64,000 nt of DNA. Source: Rebecca billardiae RCC1528. Taxonomy: Eukaryota; Protista; Haptophyta. Shown here in pieces: positions 1 through 9,970 of the stretch. Numbering within the stretch: position 1 is the stretch's first letter; each line of letters starts with the position of its first letter. A model generated the notes under the pieces. That model had not been told where the DNA came from. It saw only the letters and a list, made by a program, of their open reading frames with translations, and made no database searches. The stretch spans positions 2,232,001-2,296,000 of the forward strand of contig OZ251229.1 of the NCBI GenBank assembly GCA_965240325.2, read 5' to 3'. Both the position numbers and the translations under genes were made by a program.

Positions 1-201
1 CGCGCGAACCCGCACTGCCTCGTGCTCTGCCACGGCGGGCCCGTGGCGCTGCCCGCCGACGCGCGCTGGGTCCTCGCCAACACGCGCGGCGTGCACGGCT
101 TCTACGGCGCGTCCTCGATGGAGCGGTTGCCGGTCGAGACCGCGATCGCCGAGTGCGTGCGCGAGTTCAAGGCCATTCAGCTGCCGCCGGACGAGGCTTG
201 A
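1..201 (+). CDS. 3' end of TIM-barrel signal transduction / PEP-hydrolase-like (Tm-1 C-terminal-like) protein, partial
   Basis: Frame 1 reads ...LVLCHGGPVALPADARWVLANTRGVHGFYGASSMERLPVETAI...EA*. CHGGP and GFYGASSMERLP are motifs characteristic of this family. Confidence 0.8.
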   Translation, partial: RANPHCLVLCHGGPVALPADARWVLANTRGVHGFYGASSMERLPVETAIAECVREFKAIQLPPDEA

Positions 202-740
202 GCCGGCGGGACTGCGTCGTGGTCCGGGCGCAGCAGCCACGGAACCTTCACGCACGCTCTGACAATGAGCGAAGCGATATGCTGCAGCGTGACAGTCACG
301 AGTCGGACATAACTTTACTAGCCCCACGCTAGTAGTCGTACCTTACTGCTTACTAATAAGGATAAGAGACGCACACCGTTAGTAGAGCTCAGGCTCGGAC
401 AAATTCTATGATTTAAAGACACAGGCACGAGGGCGCAGCTCTCCTGATTCGTCTGTAGTGGTACTGGTCGAAGCTTGCAGCAGTGGCAGTGGTGTGAGCG
501 CGTTGATGTTGGTCCCCATGGCGCATGTCGTTGTTGTCGTCGTCCGGACGTCGTCAGGCCCACCAGGAAGTGCATGGGTACGAAATCAAAGGCGAGTGAG
601 CATGTTGGCGTCGGCCAGGCCGTCCCCTACTTGGTCAGCAGCTGGTGCGGATGATGTCGTCGCCTACTTGGTCAGTGGCAGGTCATGGTGGACGATGGTG
701 TAGCCTGTTCTTGGTCAGCAGCTGGTGGATGATGTTGTGG

Positions 741-1677
741 CCGAAGTTAGTAGTAGTTGGACTCGATCGCCTGATTTGGTAGTAGTTGGACTCGCCGAAG
801 TTGGTAGTAGTTGGACTCGCCGAAGTTAGTAGTAGTTGGACTCGATCGCCTGAGTTAGTAGTAGTTGGACTCGCCGAAGTTGGTAGTAGTTGGACTCGCC
901 GAAGTTAGTAGTAGTTGGACTCGCCTGAGTTAGTAGTAGTTGGACTCGCCGAAATTGGTAGTAGTTGGATTCGCCGAAGTTAGTAGTAGTTGGACTCGCC
1001 GAAGTTAGTAGTAGTAGTTGGACTCCCCGAAGTTAGTAGTAGTTGGACTCGCCGAAGTAGTAGTTGGACTCGCCGAAGTTAGTAGTAGTTGGACTCGCCG
1101 AAGTTAGTAGTAGTTGGACTCACCGAAGTTAGTAGTAGTTGGACTCGCCGAAGTTAGTAGTAGTTGGACTCGCTGAAGTTAGTGGTAGTTGGACTCGCCG
1201 AAGTTAGTAGTAGTTGGACTCGCCGAAGTTAGTAGTAGTTGGACTCGCCGAGGTTAGTAGTAGTTGGACTCGCTGAAGTTAGTGGTAGTTGGACTCGCCG
1301 AAGTTAGTAGGAGTTGGACTCGCCGAAATTGGTATAGTAGTTGGACTCGCCGAAGTTAGTAGTAGTTGGACTCGCCGAAGTTAGTAGTAGTAGTTGGACT
1401 CCCCGAAGTTAGTAGGAGTTGGACTCGCCGAAGTAGTAGTTGGACTCGCCGAAGTTAGTAGTAGTTGGACTCGCCGAAGTTAGTAGTAGTTGGACTCGCC
1501 GAGGTTAGTAGTAGTTGGACTCGCCGAGGTTAGTAGTAGTTGGACTCGCCGAAGTTAGTAGTAGTTGGACTCGCCGAGGTTAGTAGTAGTTGGACTTGCC
1601 GAAGTTAGTAGTAGTCATGGACTCGCCGAAGTTAGTAGTAGTTGGACTCGCCGAAGTTAGTAGTAGTTGGACTCGCC
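741..1677. repeat. Tandem array of ~37 x 25-bp units (GAAGTTAGTAGTAGTTGGACTCGCC) in the retrotransposon 3' UTR
   Basis: Units are directly visible and head-to-tail, with 21/27/28/29-bp variants and no spacers. Confidence 0.97.
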
Positions 1678-1757
1678 GTCGGGGACTGGTTCCGGTACTT
1701 GTGGGGGATGGTCGTGTCTCTGCTGGGCCTGGTGGTTCTGGTTGAGCTCGTCCTCCT

Positions 1758-1780
1758 CCCCCCCCCCCCCCCCCCCCCCC
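1758..1780 (-). repeat. G23 run (element sense strand) in 3' UTR
   Basis: Run of 23 C on the + strand. Confidence 0.9.
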
Positions 1781-1856
1781 GGCGCTTGGGCAGTTCCCCC
1801 ACCCTCCCCAGCAGGGGCCTCTGGCCAGCCTGAGTTCTGCCTGCGGGCCTGTGGCC

Positions 1857-4800
1857 TCAGTGGGCCTGACCTGGCCGTGCCCTTGGGACTGTGGTCCTGT
1901 AATGGCCTCTCCAGTGAGAGATGACCCTGGTCTGTCCGAGTGCGCCCGCTGCCAGCCTGGTGGCCACTTGGGGCCAGGGTAGCACCTCAATGTGCAGCGG
2001 GTCGTGCCGGTTGTACTGGGGGGAGCCTGGGCTGTGGAAGACCTGGACCATACGAAGAGGGGCGCCGGTGTGAGGGTCTCTGGTGACCAGGACGACTGTG
2101 GTGTTCGCCCCTGCTGCCACACAGGGGAGGAGTGCATCTGCCAACGGGGTGCCAGCCTCTCGAACCGTGCCCAGGGTGGCAGCCGCTGCTGCTGCCCTCT
2201 GTGCGCTCCCATTGGGCTCGAGGTGGGCCGGCTGGGGGGCCACTGCGGCCGCCAGGACCCCCTGGTGCTGCGCACTCAGGGACAGGGCGTGCTGTACGGT
2301 GGCTTGCCTCAGTGCCTGGGCGCTCCTGGTTGCCCCTGCTGGGTCTTCGCGGGCCCCTGCGCGGGTGACGCCCAGTACCGCAAGGAACCAGCAGTTGGCA
2401 CCAGTGCCATCGACGTCAGCATCCTGCAGTTCAGCTGCTGCATAGTAGGCATTGAGGGCCTCTTGGCCAGGTTCCTGCTGGGCCAGTGGGCCAGGGGGTG
2501 GAGGGGCCCTGCTGCCGGCCGGGGGCTGGCGCGCCCCTGCTGGGCCCTCCTGGCTGCTTGATGGGGGTCGGGGGCCCTGTGTTCGGTCAGGGGAGGGTGT
2601 GAGTCTTGGGCCGCTGGCGGACGATCCCTGGGTCTGCCCATCTCTGGGGCTCGCTCCCCCTGTGAGGCGGCCGCGGCGGAGAGCTGTGAGGAAGTGCGCG
2701 AGGTCGTACCGGCGCTGGCGGCCCTCCGTCCCAGCTGTAGCTAGCTCGAGGCGCTTGTGGTGGATGTGGGTGGTGACGCTGACGATGGTAGAGTGTAAGC
2801 TTCCCACCTTGTAGCTGCCGTCCCGCCCGGCTGGCTGGCCATCCTGCTCGTCTGACTGGTCTGCATCGGCAGAGGCGCTGTTACTGTCTCCCCCGTCCCG
2901 CGCGGTCCGCCAGGGGTACTGTTTTGCGCTCTCCTGGGCGGCTGCCACTACTGCCTTGGGGATCTGGCCCGCATAGTAGTGCCGGTGGGCTGTAGCCTGC
3001 TCTGCCAGGTCTTGCCTGTCTTGCATCGGCATCCTGCCGCCAGTGCGCTTGTCAAGCATCCGGATGATGCTATGCTGTGCTATGCTCCTGGCGTCGGCGT
3101 GGGGGCAGTCACAGAAGACGTGCGTGGCAGAGTCCGGCCCAGGGGCGTCCGATCCTGCCTCGAGGCAGAACAGACAGTCGGTGCCCAGCGTGCAGCCCGG
3201 CCATTGCTGGCTATATGGGACTGCATCCAATCCTGGGTTGGCCCCCGCAGCATCTTGATTATACTCCAGCGCCCCGACGCAGCACCTGAGGACGAACTTG
3301 GTGAGGCGCTCTGGCTTGGTGAACTGGTTCCGCAGCGAGAGGGTGGATTCCTGGGTGTGTAGGGAGTCGTCCCCCATCTTGATGGCGTACTTGGCGCTCC
3401 TGCGCTGCCTCTCTGCCGCCTGTTCGGGGGACTCGTCGTTGCCAGGGGTGGGATCCAGGCGCGCCTCCAGGGCTGCTCTGCGGGCGCGCTCTATTACCAG
3501 CCTCCTGACAGGGAGGGGCCCTGACTGCAGGAGAGCCCCTGCAGTGTCCACCAGCCCATATGCTGCAGGGAGCCAGGCGTTCTTTCCTAGCCTGTGTGAT
3601 GGGTCCATGCCATCCACAGCCACTCGCTTGGCTGCCCAGTCCGCACACAGGTTGCATACAGTGCGGTCCACGTCTTCGGAGGAAGGTTCGGTGCCCACGA
3701 AGGCCCTGGTGGCTCTGCGCAGCGATGCCAGCTGGGGAGGGGGCACTGTGTAGGTGCCGCCCGACGCGTCCGGTTCCGGCTGGAGAATTTCGCGCACCAT
3801 ATCGTCCAGTGATGGTCCACCCCTTCCGCGTGAGTGGCCGCTCATTTGGGGGTAGTACATCCAGGTGGTGCCGCGAGAGCACTCGTCAATCACATGCAGG
3901 AGCCTGGACATGTGCGGGTTGTGGGCCTGATTCTTGCTCATTCTGGGCTCCCAGCCTGGGGGGCGGGTGGTATTTGGCTGGGCCGCCTGGCCCCCTGCTG
4001 CGGAGTCCAACGCTGGCCTGGCCCAGAGGAGGTGCTTGAGTGCATCGTCGCAGTCCCAGCTGACATGAATGGTGCTACCTGGTAGGCCAGCCAGGAGTTT
4101 GGTGAGGAGTGTGGCAGATGCCACCTCCGAGTTGGCTGCAGTCTGCTGCCCGTGGTATGTGGCACTTGCCAGGCGCACGCACTCCTGGTCTCGCAGCCGG
4201 CCTGCGCCACGGGCATGTACAATGTAGGCGGCCCCAGCGGCCCCTGTGGCTGTGTCTGGCTTGTACGACCCATCTACCCCTGCTGTGACGGTGGCTGCTG
4301 CCTGGGTCACGTCTGCTGGTGCAGTGGGCACATCTGCCTCATAGGCGGCCGTTCTGGCTTCCTGCAGATGGGCGGTGTACAGGAAATTTGCGGGGCTCGT
4401 GGCCAGTTTTACCGCAGTGCGGACAATGAGGCCTGCCATTGCTTCCGCAGCTCCTGCGTGGTGCTGCACAGCCGTCCACACCATGCTGCTGCCAGTGTGT
4501 GTGAGATGGCTGAGAGCTGGGGTGCCCTGTGCGTTGAGCAGGCGTTCCATGGACGTGCCATTATCGCTCAGGATGCTGCGCTCCATCAGGCTAGGCTGGC
4601 AGTCTCCCCCTGCACTTGCAGCCTGCAGCAGGGTGCCCATGGGGGTGTCGCCCAGGGCTGCGTAGTCCCGCGCGTCCCAGTCCGCTAACAGCTCCACGAG
4701 TCTCTCCTGATCAGAGGCCCTGCTAGGGATGAGGGGGGACCTGCAGGCCTCTCGCAGGGTCAGGTTGGCCAGTGTTGCGGAGCAGGCCAGCAGCCATGGC

Positions 4801-7800
4801 TCTGTGCCCCTGGGCGCGAGCGACAGGGCCGCCATTCCGCCTCTCACTGCAGGGGGCGCCAGTGTTCCGTTGGCCGGTTGTTGTCGGTGTGCCTCCAGGC
4901 AGGTCCTGGTAAGCAGGCCCACTTGTGTGGGGCTGTTGGCAGTCCGAAGGAGGGCAGCCGCTTGCACCCCGGCCTGCAGGGCGCTCGGCTCCTCCGGGCC
5001 TATCCCCATGCTGGGGGCTGGCCCACTGCCTGCTATGCGGGCAGCGGAGGGCGGGAGACCAGCTCTGCCCCACACGATGTCCATCACGATGGCGCGCATT
5101 TTGTCTGTGATGCCGTAGCGGCGCACATCGCTCGCAGCCAGGTAGTAGCCTGCCACAGAGACCACGTCATGCTGGAGGAGAGTGCCTGTGGTCACAGTGT
5201 GGCAGGCCGGGTCCCTGGCCGCTACTGCCACTTTCCAGGAGGCCGCGCGCAGCTTTGTCTCCAATTTTGCGGCGTGCTTTGACCAATCGAGGTGGAGGGT
5301 GAGGACGTATCCGAGGTACTCAAAGTGGGTGTCTGGTCCGATGGAGGGGACAGTGGCCTGCTCACCGGCTATCTCAACGCGGAGGGGGGGCAGAGGAGGC
5401 GCGCCGTGCGCCCCTCTGCCCCTTCCTTTCTTTGCGTGCACACACTTCGAGGGGTTGAGTGCCATGCAGTGAGTGCTGAGGAATAGTCCCAGTGCGCGCA
5501 CTTGGGCGGCGCTGTCCGTCTCTGACTCTGCAAGGAAAGCTATGTCGTCCATGTACCCCATCAAGATGCGCACCTTCAGGGAGTCTCCTGCGCCAGCGTC
5601 ATGCCTGGCGGCTGGAAACGAGTATCCATGGTCAGGGTGGCTGGCTGAGTAGGACGCAATGAACATGTTCATGAAGAGACAGAATTTTATGGGACTTAGC
5701 GGGCAGCCTTGCTTGCACCCACGCAGTATCGGCACTTTGTCAGTGTGGCCATAGGGGGTCCTGGTGGTGGCCACAGAGTGAGCGTCCAGTCGGTCAAGTT
5801 CATCAATTAGTTGGGCGGAGAAGCCGTGCAGGAGAAGGGCCTTCCTCAGCGACTCATGGGGCACTCTGTCAAAGGCCTTGCTTATATCACATGTAGTGAC
5901 GTGGATCTCGGCAGAACTGGCCTTGGCATGGGTCATGGCTGCCACCAGTGCCGCCACTTGGAGCTCCGGCTGCCCGTGCTTGCTCGCTGCCGCTTGTTCC
6001 GGCGAGATCAGACCCAGCTGGTCACAGATCGACTGGATGCATCTCGCCCTGTGTGCTGCCGCCAGTTTGTACACAGTGCTTTGGAGTGCCACTCCCCTAT
6101 AATTGTTCAGATCGTGAGGGTCCCCTTTGCCTTTGTAGAAGTAGGCAAGCTCTGCGTCTTTGAGGTGGGCTGGTACAGCCGCTGCGCGGAGGATTGTGTT
6201 GACGATGTTGACCAAGATGCCTTCAAAGGCTTTGTTGATCTTTATCAAGAGTTTCAACGCGCATACTTGGATCCCGTCCAAACCAGGGGCAGCGTTCGAG
6301 TCAGCTTTTGCCAGGAGGGAGCGCAGGCCTTCCAGGTCCAGCAGGGAGCTTTCCAGCGCTCGCTGGGCCGGAGTCCATCTGCTTCGGATCTCTTCCCAGA
6401 CTGCTTCATTTGTATCCTCAATGGCAGGCCCCTGCCTGCAGCTCGGCGCTGTCCCCACGTTGTTCGCCGTGTGCGCCTCTGCGTAGCGTTTGATTTTGCT
6501 TGGGTCGGAGGTAATTTTCCCACTGCCAGCGCCCAGGTCATTGAGCATCATCATCTCGAATCCAGCATGGTTTGATTTGGGGAAGAGCATTTTGCGAAAG
6601 TGGCGGGTGCATTTCCTCCGCATGTCGTCTTGGATTTTTCTCGTCCTGTCCTTGGCAAGAGTGTCCTCGTGCTCGCGCTGCAGGAGCTCGTATTCATTTT
6701 GGTGCAAGGCTTGTCGTGCTTTCAGTTCCGACAGCCACTGTGCTGTCGAGGCGGGCCCAGCCTGGTAGATGGCCTCCAGGGTGGGGAAAGGCAAGCCGAG
6801 CAGCTGGGGCATACCCTCAGGGGGGACGTTTGCTGTAGTCAGTGCCGATTCATAACTGTCCAGTGCTTTTGCCAGGCGCACCGGCTCCGCAAGTCGCCCA
6901 TGCCTGCTGTGGCTGCTGTACCTGAAGCCTGTGTGCACTTCCCCATGCTGCTCGCTAGCACCTGGGCGGATTTGCTGCAGCCTGGTGATCACTGCGACCT
7001 GGCGGCGGTACGCATTCCCCAGTTTGAAATCCCTGAGGGCATTCGGCGCGATCGCTTTGGGGGCCCGCCTGCCAGGGGCTACTGTGGTCTCCAGTGGCTG
7101 CTGGCTGGAGTCGAGTGCAGACGTGACTCTGTCAGTTGCTACGGAGGCGAGCCACTCCAGGACGGCAGGGAGGGCTTCCTCCATGTCGCTCACCACTTGT
7201 GGCGGAGCTGCAGTAATCGTCGCAACTGGGGCTGCGAACAGGTGTGCATGGGTGTGGACGTCGTCCAGCCGCCTGATGTCGCTCTCTACGGGGTCGGATA
7301 GTGCGGCTTTGAGTTCCTTGACCGTCTCTCCGTGTGCCAGGTTGATGTAGAACCTGTATGGCCTGTAGAGCTCGTGGACCACAGGCCTGGTGGCCCCCCG
7401 CAGCTTGTGCAGTGGGATTCTACCCTGGAGAAAATGGTGGGTGCTCCCGTCCCCGTTGGGGAGCGCAGGGATGCATGCGTCCTCCAGGAGAGGGTCCGAG
7501 TGCCAAAAGTGTTGCGTTAGCTCTGCCATGTTGGTGAATATGTAGTCCAGTCGGGCCAGGGTGTTGCCACTCGAGTGGGTGTATTCGGTGGCAGGGTTGA
7601 AACTGCCGGTTGGTTTCATGTTGTGAAGGTCAGTCACTGTCTCCATGGCCGCTTTGAAATCCCCTGGTCGGTGAGCGGTGAACGCGCGTGTTGTGTCGAG
7701 CCGCCTAAGTGCCTCGCCGACCTCCCAAGTGCCATTGGCGTCCCCTCCTGCAAGCCTGAGGAGATCTTGTCGGCCCGTGTGTAGCGGGGTGCCCGTGCGG

Positions 7801-8339
7801 AGGACTTCTGTTACCCATGGCAGTATAGTTGCTCTGTTGCGGTTACTGTGAGGGGGGATGTAGAAGGATGTGGCCTCCACCACAAAGCTGGTACCCCTGG
7901 CGGTGGTGAAGACCAGGCGCCCCTGGAGCATGTATCCGGCAGTGTCCTGGCCGCCTTCAGTGCCGCTGCGGGTCACCTCCAGCCTGGAGAGAGGCAGCCT
8001 GCCATCCTTCCGCACTGCTATTGCCACTCCTTTGCCTGAGCACGAGTTGGGGGGCATTGGGTCGTGGTAGGTCGTATAGCCACTAAGGATGTCCTGAGTG
8101 GCTTTGTCTCTAGTGAGCGCGGTCTCTTGGAGCAGAACAATGTCCCAGCGCTTGGTGTCCAGGATGCTCTGCAGTCTTGCCCTGCGTGTCAAGCCTGCCA
8201 TGCCCCCTACGTTCCCACAGGCGATTGTGAGCGAACGTTCCTCAGCCCTGTTGCCTGAGCCCCTCGCCTGTGGCCTTCCCGCTGCAGCCTGCTCACTTGT
8301 CTGCCTGGCAGTGCCAGCCTGGCGATGCCCCTGAATCAT
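1857..8339 (-). CDS. Retrotransposon ORF2: APE endonuclease - reverse transcriptase - RNase H - CCHC-type Zn finger - OTU-like cysteine protease (2160 aa)
   Basis: APE: GNVGG, DIVLLQET, GGDANG, RLDYIF. RT: APGLDG, NYRGVALQ, DISKAFD, QGCPLSP, YMDD, FEYLG. RNase H: VDGS, NSEVA, WDC, SGHS, NLCADWAAK. Zn finger: CLFC..HVFCDC. OTU-like: VDGTGANCWFLAV...GHYR. Confidence 0.93.
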   Translation of the reverse strand: MIQGHRQAGTARQTSEQAAAGRPQARGSGNRAEERSLTIACGNVGGMAGLTRRARLQSILDTKRWDIVLLQETALTRDKATQDILSGYTTYHDPMPPNSCSGKGVAIAVRKDGRLPLSRLEVTRSGTEGGQDTAGYMLQGRLVFTTARGTSFVVEATSFYIPPHSNRNRATILPWVTEVLRTGTPLHTGRQDLLRLAGGDANGTWEVGEALRRLDTTRAFTAHRPGDFKAAMETVTDLHNMKPTGSFNPATEYTHSSGNTLARLDYIFTNMAELTQHFWHSDPLLEDACIPALPNGDGSTHHFLQGRIPLHKLRGATRPVVHELYRPYRFYINLAHGETVKELKAALSDPVESDIRRLDDVHTHAHLFAAPVATITAAPPQVVSDMEEALPAVLEWLASVATDRVTSALDSSQQPLETTVAPGRRAPKAIAPNALRDFKLGNAYRRQVAVITRLQQIRPGASEQHGEVHTGFRYSSHSRHGRLAEPVRLAKALDSYESALTTANVPPEGMPQLLGLPFPTLEAIYQAGPASTAQWLSELKARQALHQNEYELLQREHEDTLAKDRTRKIQDDMRRKCTRHFRKMLFPKSNHAGFEMMMLNDLGAGSGKITSDPSKIKRYAEAHTANNVGTAPSCRQGPAIEDTNEAVWEEIRSRWTPAQRALESSLLDLEGLRSLLAKADSNAAPGLDGIQVCALKLLIKINKAFEGILVNIVNTILRAAAVPAHLKDAELAYFYKGKGDPHDLNNYRGVALQSTVYKLAAAHRARCIQSICDQLGLISPEQAAASKHGQPELQVAALVAAMTHAKASSAEIHVTTCDISKAFDRVPHESLRKALLLHGFSAQLIDELDRLDAHSVATTRTPYGHTDKVPILRGCKQGCPLSPIKFCLFMNMFIASYSASHPDHGYSFPAARHDAGAGDSLKVRILMGYMDDIAFLAESETDSAAQVRALGLFLSTHCMALNPSKCVHAKKGRGRGAHGAPPLPPLRVEIAGEQATVPSIGPDTHFEYLGYVLTLHLDWSKHAAKLETKLRAASWKVAVAARDPACHTVTTGTLLQHDVVSVAGYYLAASDVRRYGITDKMRAIVMDIVWGRAGLPPSAARIAGSGPAPSMGIGPEEPSALQAGVQAAALLRTANSPTQVGLLTRTCLEAHRQQPANGTLAPPAVRGGMAALSLAPRGTEPWLLACSATLANLTLREACRSPLIPSRASDQERLVELLADWDARDYAALGDTPMGTLLQAASAGGDCQPSLMERSILSDNGTSMERLLNAQGTPALSHLTHTGSSMVWTAVQHHAGAAEAMAGLIVRTAVKLATSPANFLYTAHLQEARTAAYEADVPTAPADVTQAAATVTAGVDGSYKPDTATGAAGAAYIVHARGAGRLRDQECVRLASATYHGQQTAANSEVASATLLTKLLAGLPGSTIHVSWDCDDALKHLLWARPALDSAAGGQAAQPNTTRPPGWEPRMSKNQAHNPHMSRLLHVIDECSRGTTWMYYPQMSGHSRGRGGPSLDDMVREILQPEPDASGGTYTVPPPQLASLRRATRAFVGTEPSSEDVDRTVCNLCADWAAKRVAVDGMDPSHRLGKNAWLPAAYGLVDTAGALLQSGPLPVRRLVIERARRAALEARLDPTPGNDESPEQAAERQRRSAKYAIKMGDDSLHTQESTLSLRNQFTKPERLTKFVLRCCVGALEYNQDAAGANPGLDAVPYSQQWPGCTLGTDCLFCLEAGSDAPGPDSATHVFCDCPHADARSIAQHSIIRMLDKRTGGRMPMQDRQDLAEQATAHRHYYAGQIPKAVVAAAQESAKQYPWRTARDGGDSNSASADADQSDEQDGQPAGRDGSYKVGSLHSTIVSVTTHIHHKRLELATAGTEGRQRRYDLAHFLTALRRGRLTGGASPRDGQTQGSSASGPRLTPSPDRTQGPRPPSSSQEGPAGARQPPAGSRAPPPPGPLAQQEPGQEALNAYYAAAELQDADVDGTGANCWFLAVLGVTRAGAREDPAGATRSAQALRQATVQHALSLSAQHQGVLAAAVAPQPAHLEPNGSAQRAAAAAATLGTVREAGTPLADALLPCVAAGANTTVVLVTRDPHTGAPLRMVQVFHSPGSPQYNRHDPLHIEVLPWPQVATRLAAGALGQTRVISHWRGHYRTTVPRARPGQAH

Positions 8340-9970
8340 TTTGGCACCGGTCGGGGTGTGGGCTGCTGCCGATCACTGTTGTGGTATGGGGGCTGGGCGC
8401 ACTGCGCGTCCGCGTGGCCTGGTCTGCTGGGCTGTGAGAGCACTGCTACCCTGCTGGCGGTGTGCTGCAGAAGCTTGCGCCCATAGGCCAGCACTGTACG
8501 CCTGGTTACCGGCAGTGCTGTCCGGTGGCAGGGCATAGTGCGGCGCAGTGGCACATGCCTTGCTGTTGGTGGTGCTGTGTTGCCCTTAGGCCGCTGCCTG
8601 GGCAATCTTGATGGATCGACCGATGCACCTGGTGCCGGCCGGGCTTGGGCGATGTGACGATTTCGATGCCTGCAAGTCTTCCTCCTACTCTTCCTCCTCC
8701 TACTACTAGTGCTGCCTTTTCGCAGTCGTCCGGCCCGTCGCAGATGCGCAGGGCAGGTGCGTGAACGTGCTCTGGTGCTGCACATTAGTACGAACCTGAG
8801 CGCACGGGTGTGTTTGCGGGGCTGCGTCCAGCCAGGGCAGTAGTTCCCAGCTGTCCTGGTACTGCTGGGCCGGTTCGGCACTTTCAGACAGCTGGGACCC
8901 CGGGCAGCTGCCTGCCATGTCCCGGGGGGCTTTGAGCGGTTGTTCCTGTTTACAGCGTCCTCGAGCTTCACCGCCCCGCGCGGCGCATCTTCCATCGAGC
9001 CGCCAGCGTGCTGGCCGTCTACGCGCTGCCGCTGCGCCTGCGGTTGCGCTCTCTCCTTCCCCATCTCTCGCGGCCGCACGGTCCCCGCCTGCTCGGTAGG
9101 CCCGTCGGTCGAGCCAGCCATTCCGCGGGCCAGTGCCTCGGGCGCAGGGCGTCGCGGTTGCGTCGCAGCCATCGTCGTTCTGGCGACGCCCGCGACCGGC
9201 GGTGGGTTTTTACGCCTCGCCTCCGCCCGGCCCGGCAAATCCGGCGCGCGCGCCCGGTGCTCCGGACTTTCGTCCGCGCATTTCGCCGGCCCGTCCGGGT
9301 TAGCGGTGAGCGTTTCTGGCGCAAAAGCCGCTAATGGCGCGAAACGGCCGCCCACGCGCGATTTACGCTCGCCCGGCGCGGCTAAGTCCCCGATGGGAGA
9401 GACGGCGGGGCATGTCGCGGGGGGTATGTGTGTGCGACGCACCGTGTCGTGCCGGGAGCCGCTGCGCACTAGCACCCATCGCTCTCCCTCTGCGCCTGGA
9501 AGGTCGTCCTCTGGCGGCGGGTCGGTGTCGGGCACGTGGTTGGTCTGGAGTTGCTGCTCCTGTTGGGAGGGCGCATGTGTGTTGAGGTGCGCTGTTCGCT
9601 GGGAGGGGGGGTGCTTCTGGTAATGCTGTCTCACCGCTCCTCTCTGCCGAGATCTCGTTGCCGATGTGTGCGCTTGCGCCCGAGGGCCAAGAGGTGCTGT
9701 CGAAGTGCGTTTCATGTTGCGGTAGCGGTGCTGTTCTCGTGCTTGTTTTCGCGAGAGATGCGCGCTGGGCGTGAACACCCTATTGATGCGGATTATGCGC
9801 TGCGTTTGCGTAAGTGGTGCGTTGTTTGATGCGTTCCACGCGAGGCCCCTAAGGGTCCGCTGGAGAGAGACGTCGTCGTAGAGCCTGGGGAAGGCGTGTT
9901 CCATCGTGGAGGAAGTGGGACCATGCGGGACCGGAGCTGGCAGGCGAGTAGAGTAGTAGACGTAGTTCAC
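8336..9970 (-). CDS. Retrotransposon ORF1, basic/disordered, no recognisable domain
   Basis: 544-codon ORF whose TGA overlaps the ORF2 ATG (ATGA). The true start is uncertain because the ORF call uses a non-ATG start. Confidence 0.65.
   Translation of the reverse strand: MNYVYYSTRLPAPVPHGPTSSTMEHAFPRLYDDVSLQRTLRGLAWNASNNAPLTQTQRIIRINRVFTPSAHLSRKQAREQHRYRNMKRTSTAPLGPRAQAHTSATRSRQRGAVRQHYQKHPPSQRTAHLNTHAPSQQEQQLQTNHVPDTDPPPEDDLPGAEGERWVLVRSGSRHDTVRRTHIPPATCPAVSPIGDLAAPGERKSRVGGRFAPLAAFAPETLTANPDGPAKCADESPEHRARAPDLPGRAEARRKNPPPVAGVARTTMAATQPRRPAPEALARGMAGSTDGPTEQAGTVRPREMGKERAQPQAQRQRVDGQHAGGSMEDAPRGAVKLEDAVNRNNRSKPPGTWQAAARGPSCLKVPNRPSSTRTAGNYCPGWTQPRKHTRALRFVLMCSTRARSRTCPAHLRRAGRLRKGSTSSRRRKSRRKTCRHRNRHIAQARPAPGASVDPSRLPRQRPKGNTAPPTARHVPLRRTMPCHRTALPVTRRTVLAYGRKLLQHTASRVAVLSQPSRPGHADAQCAQPPYHNSDRQQPTPRPVPK

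Noticed and set aside
741-1677. CRISPR array or telomeric repeat
   Set aside because: Units are contiguous with no unique spacers and there are no cas genes. The array is internal to a retroelement and is not a TTAGGG-type repeat.
2480-3200. Restriction-like endonuclease (Dualen/RandI-type dual endonuclease) after the Zn finger
   Set aside because: No PD..D/ExK motif was recognised; the region is low-complexity linker.
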